This document shows positions 62,315 to 63,052 of a stretch of 63,052 nt of DNA, in pieces; the stretch's first letter is position 1; every line of letters starts with the position of its first letter. Both the position numbers and the translations under genes were made by a program. Under the pieces are notes generated by a model. The model was not told the DNA's origin. It searched no databases and saw only the letters and a list, made by a program, of their open reading frames with translations. This DNA is from an uncultured Methanosarcinales archaeon (GTDB lineage Archaea > Nanobdellota > Nanobdellia > Woesearchaeales > GW2011-AR9). The stretch lies in the NCBI GenBank assembly GCA_964598745.1, contig CAZRCV010000001.1, positions 1 through 63,052 on the forward strand, written 5' to 3'.

Positions 62315-62947
62315 ATGACTAAGGCAATATTATTTGATTTTTGGGGCACGCTGGTTGAAGCAGGGGTGTGGAGCCCATTAAAGCAAGTGAAAGGTATTTT
62401 AGAAGTTAAAATTCCTTTTTCAAATTTTGTAAACCGAGTTGAAACCGCGATGATGACCAAACCTTATGAATCACTAACTGAGGCATTCAAAAATGTACTA
62501 AAGGAGTTTGAAATAAAGCCAGATCAAACTAAAATAGAAACTTTGATCGGAATGTGGAACAAATCTTGGATGTTGGCCCGCCCCTATGAAGAAACCATTG
62601 AAATATTGACGGAATTGAAAAAAAAGTATAAGCTTATTTTGATTAGCAACAGCGATAGCATTTCCCTTCCCTTGACTTTAAAGAAATTTGATCTAGCCCA
62701 ATATTTTCACAAAATGTTTTTTTCCTTTGAGTTAGGGATGATTAAAACGGATAGCTTTTTTTTACAGAACGTATTGAGCGGATTAAAATTGCTGCCAAGA
62801 GATTGTTTGGTAGTGGGTGATAGTTTAGAAAGCGACATAGCTGCGGCAGTGGCTGCCGGAATTCCCGCTATCCTGATAGATCGGAAAGACACTAGAACTT
62901 ACATTAATAAAATAAAAACTCTGCGGGAGATTTATTCTTTTTTATGA
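62315..62947 (+). CDS. HAD-superfamily hydrolase
   Basis: Motif I ILFDFWGTL, motif II LISNS, motif IV VGDSLESDI. Confidence 0.8.
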   Translation: MTKAILFDFWGTLVEAGVWSPLKQVKGILEVKIPFSNFVNRVETAMMTKPYESLTEAFKNVLKEFEIKPDQTKIETLIGMWNKSWMLARPYEETIEILTELKKKYKLILISNSDSISLPLTLKKFDLAQYFHKMFFSFELGMIKTDSFFLQNVLSGLKLLPRDCLVVGDSLESDIAAAVAAGIPAILIDRKDTRTYINKIKTLREIYSFL

Positions 62948-63052
62948 TAGAGATCACTTTTCTTGGAACGGGCTGCATGCAGCCAACTAAAACCAGGCAT
63001 CACTCTGGAATTTTGTGGTTGTACAACAAAGAACTGCTTTTACTTGATTGCG
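62944..63052 (+). CDS. rnz: Ribonuclease Z (N-terminal fragment, runs off the window)
   Basis: ATGA overlap with the HAD stop. MIEITFLGTGCMQPTKTRHHSGILW..LLLLDC matches the RNase Z/MBL N-terminus. Confidence 0.6.
   Translation, partial: MIEITFLGTGCMQPTKTRHHSGILWLYNKELLLLDC

Noticed and set aside
62203-62460. Minus-strand 85-aa ORF between tyrS and the HAD hydrolase.
   Set aside because: It overlaps the HAD gene start and the A/T-rich intergenic promoter region. Its composition is low-complexity Ile/Asn/Tyr, typical of AT-rich non-coding DNA.
1-63052. Search by eye for CRISPR arrays, long direct or inverted repeats, transposases, integrases, reverse transcriptase/DGR components and toxin-antitoxin pairs.
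   Set aside because: None recognised. The only repeated sequences seen are short intragenic low-complexity runs and the small palindromes reported above. A computational repeat scan would be needed to exclude diffuse repeats.

Overview
AT-rich archaeal chromosome fragment. The gene content suggests a small-genome, DPANN-like archaeon, but this is an inference. The first 15.4 kb (minus strand) holds the complete archaeal ribosomal-protein supercluster in canonical order: uL3-uL4-uL23-uL2-[orphan]-uS19-uL22-uS3-uL29-SUI1-Rpp29-uS17-uL14-uL24-eS4-uL5-uS14-uS8-uL6-eL32-eL19-uL18-uS5-uL30-uL15-SecY-DUF106. The rest is mainly information-processing and housekeeping genes: Nop5/fibrillarin, RFC small subunit, topo VI A+B, gyrase A, ScpB, Hef, PCNA, RNase J, TrpRS, TyrRS, DRG and YlqF-type GTPases, and an eL43-RpoP-prefoldin beta cluster. 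Secreted, lipoprotein and membrane ORFs of unknown function lie between them. No CRISPR array, transposase, integrase or rRNA was seen. Many starts are preceded by GGAGGTGA-like Shine-Dalgarno motifs, and many genes are coupled by ATGA or short overlaps. The most notable result from hand-folding is that all four tRNA genes (Arg-UCU, Cys-GCA, Leu-CAA, Pro-UGG) appear interrupted by 2-3 introns each, nine in total. Several sit at non-canonical D-loop, anticodon-stem and T-loop positions, and two T-loop junctions show a clear helix-bulge-helix. Other oddities: (1) an orphan membrane-anchored ORF tightly coupled between uL2 and uS19. (2) An AsnB-like glutamine amidotransferase fused to a Dph6-type diphthine-ammonia ligase domain. 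(3) A THUMP-methyltransferase frame broken by a single in-frame TAA. (4) A tandem-domain dCTP-deaminase-like protein. (5) Two tandem paralogous lipoproteins. (6) A three-gene operon of paralogous coiled-coil proteins next to the gyrA/scpB neighbourhood. (7) Widespread low-complexity tails on ribosomal proteins. All functional calls come from motif recognition by eye and from synteny. No database search was run.
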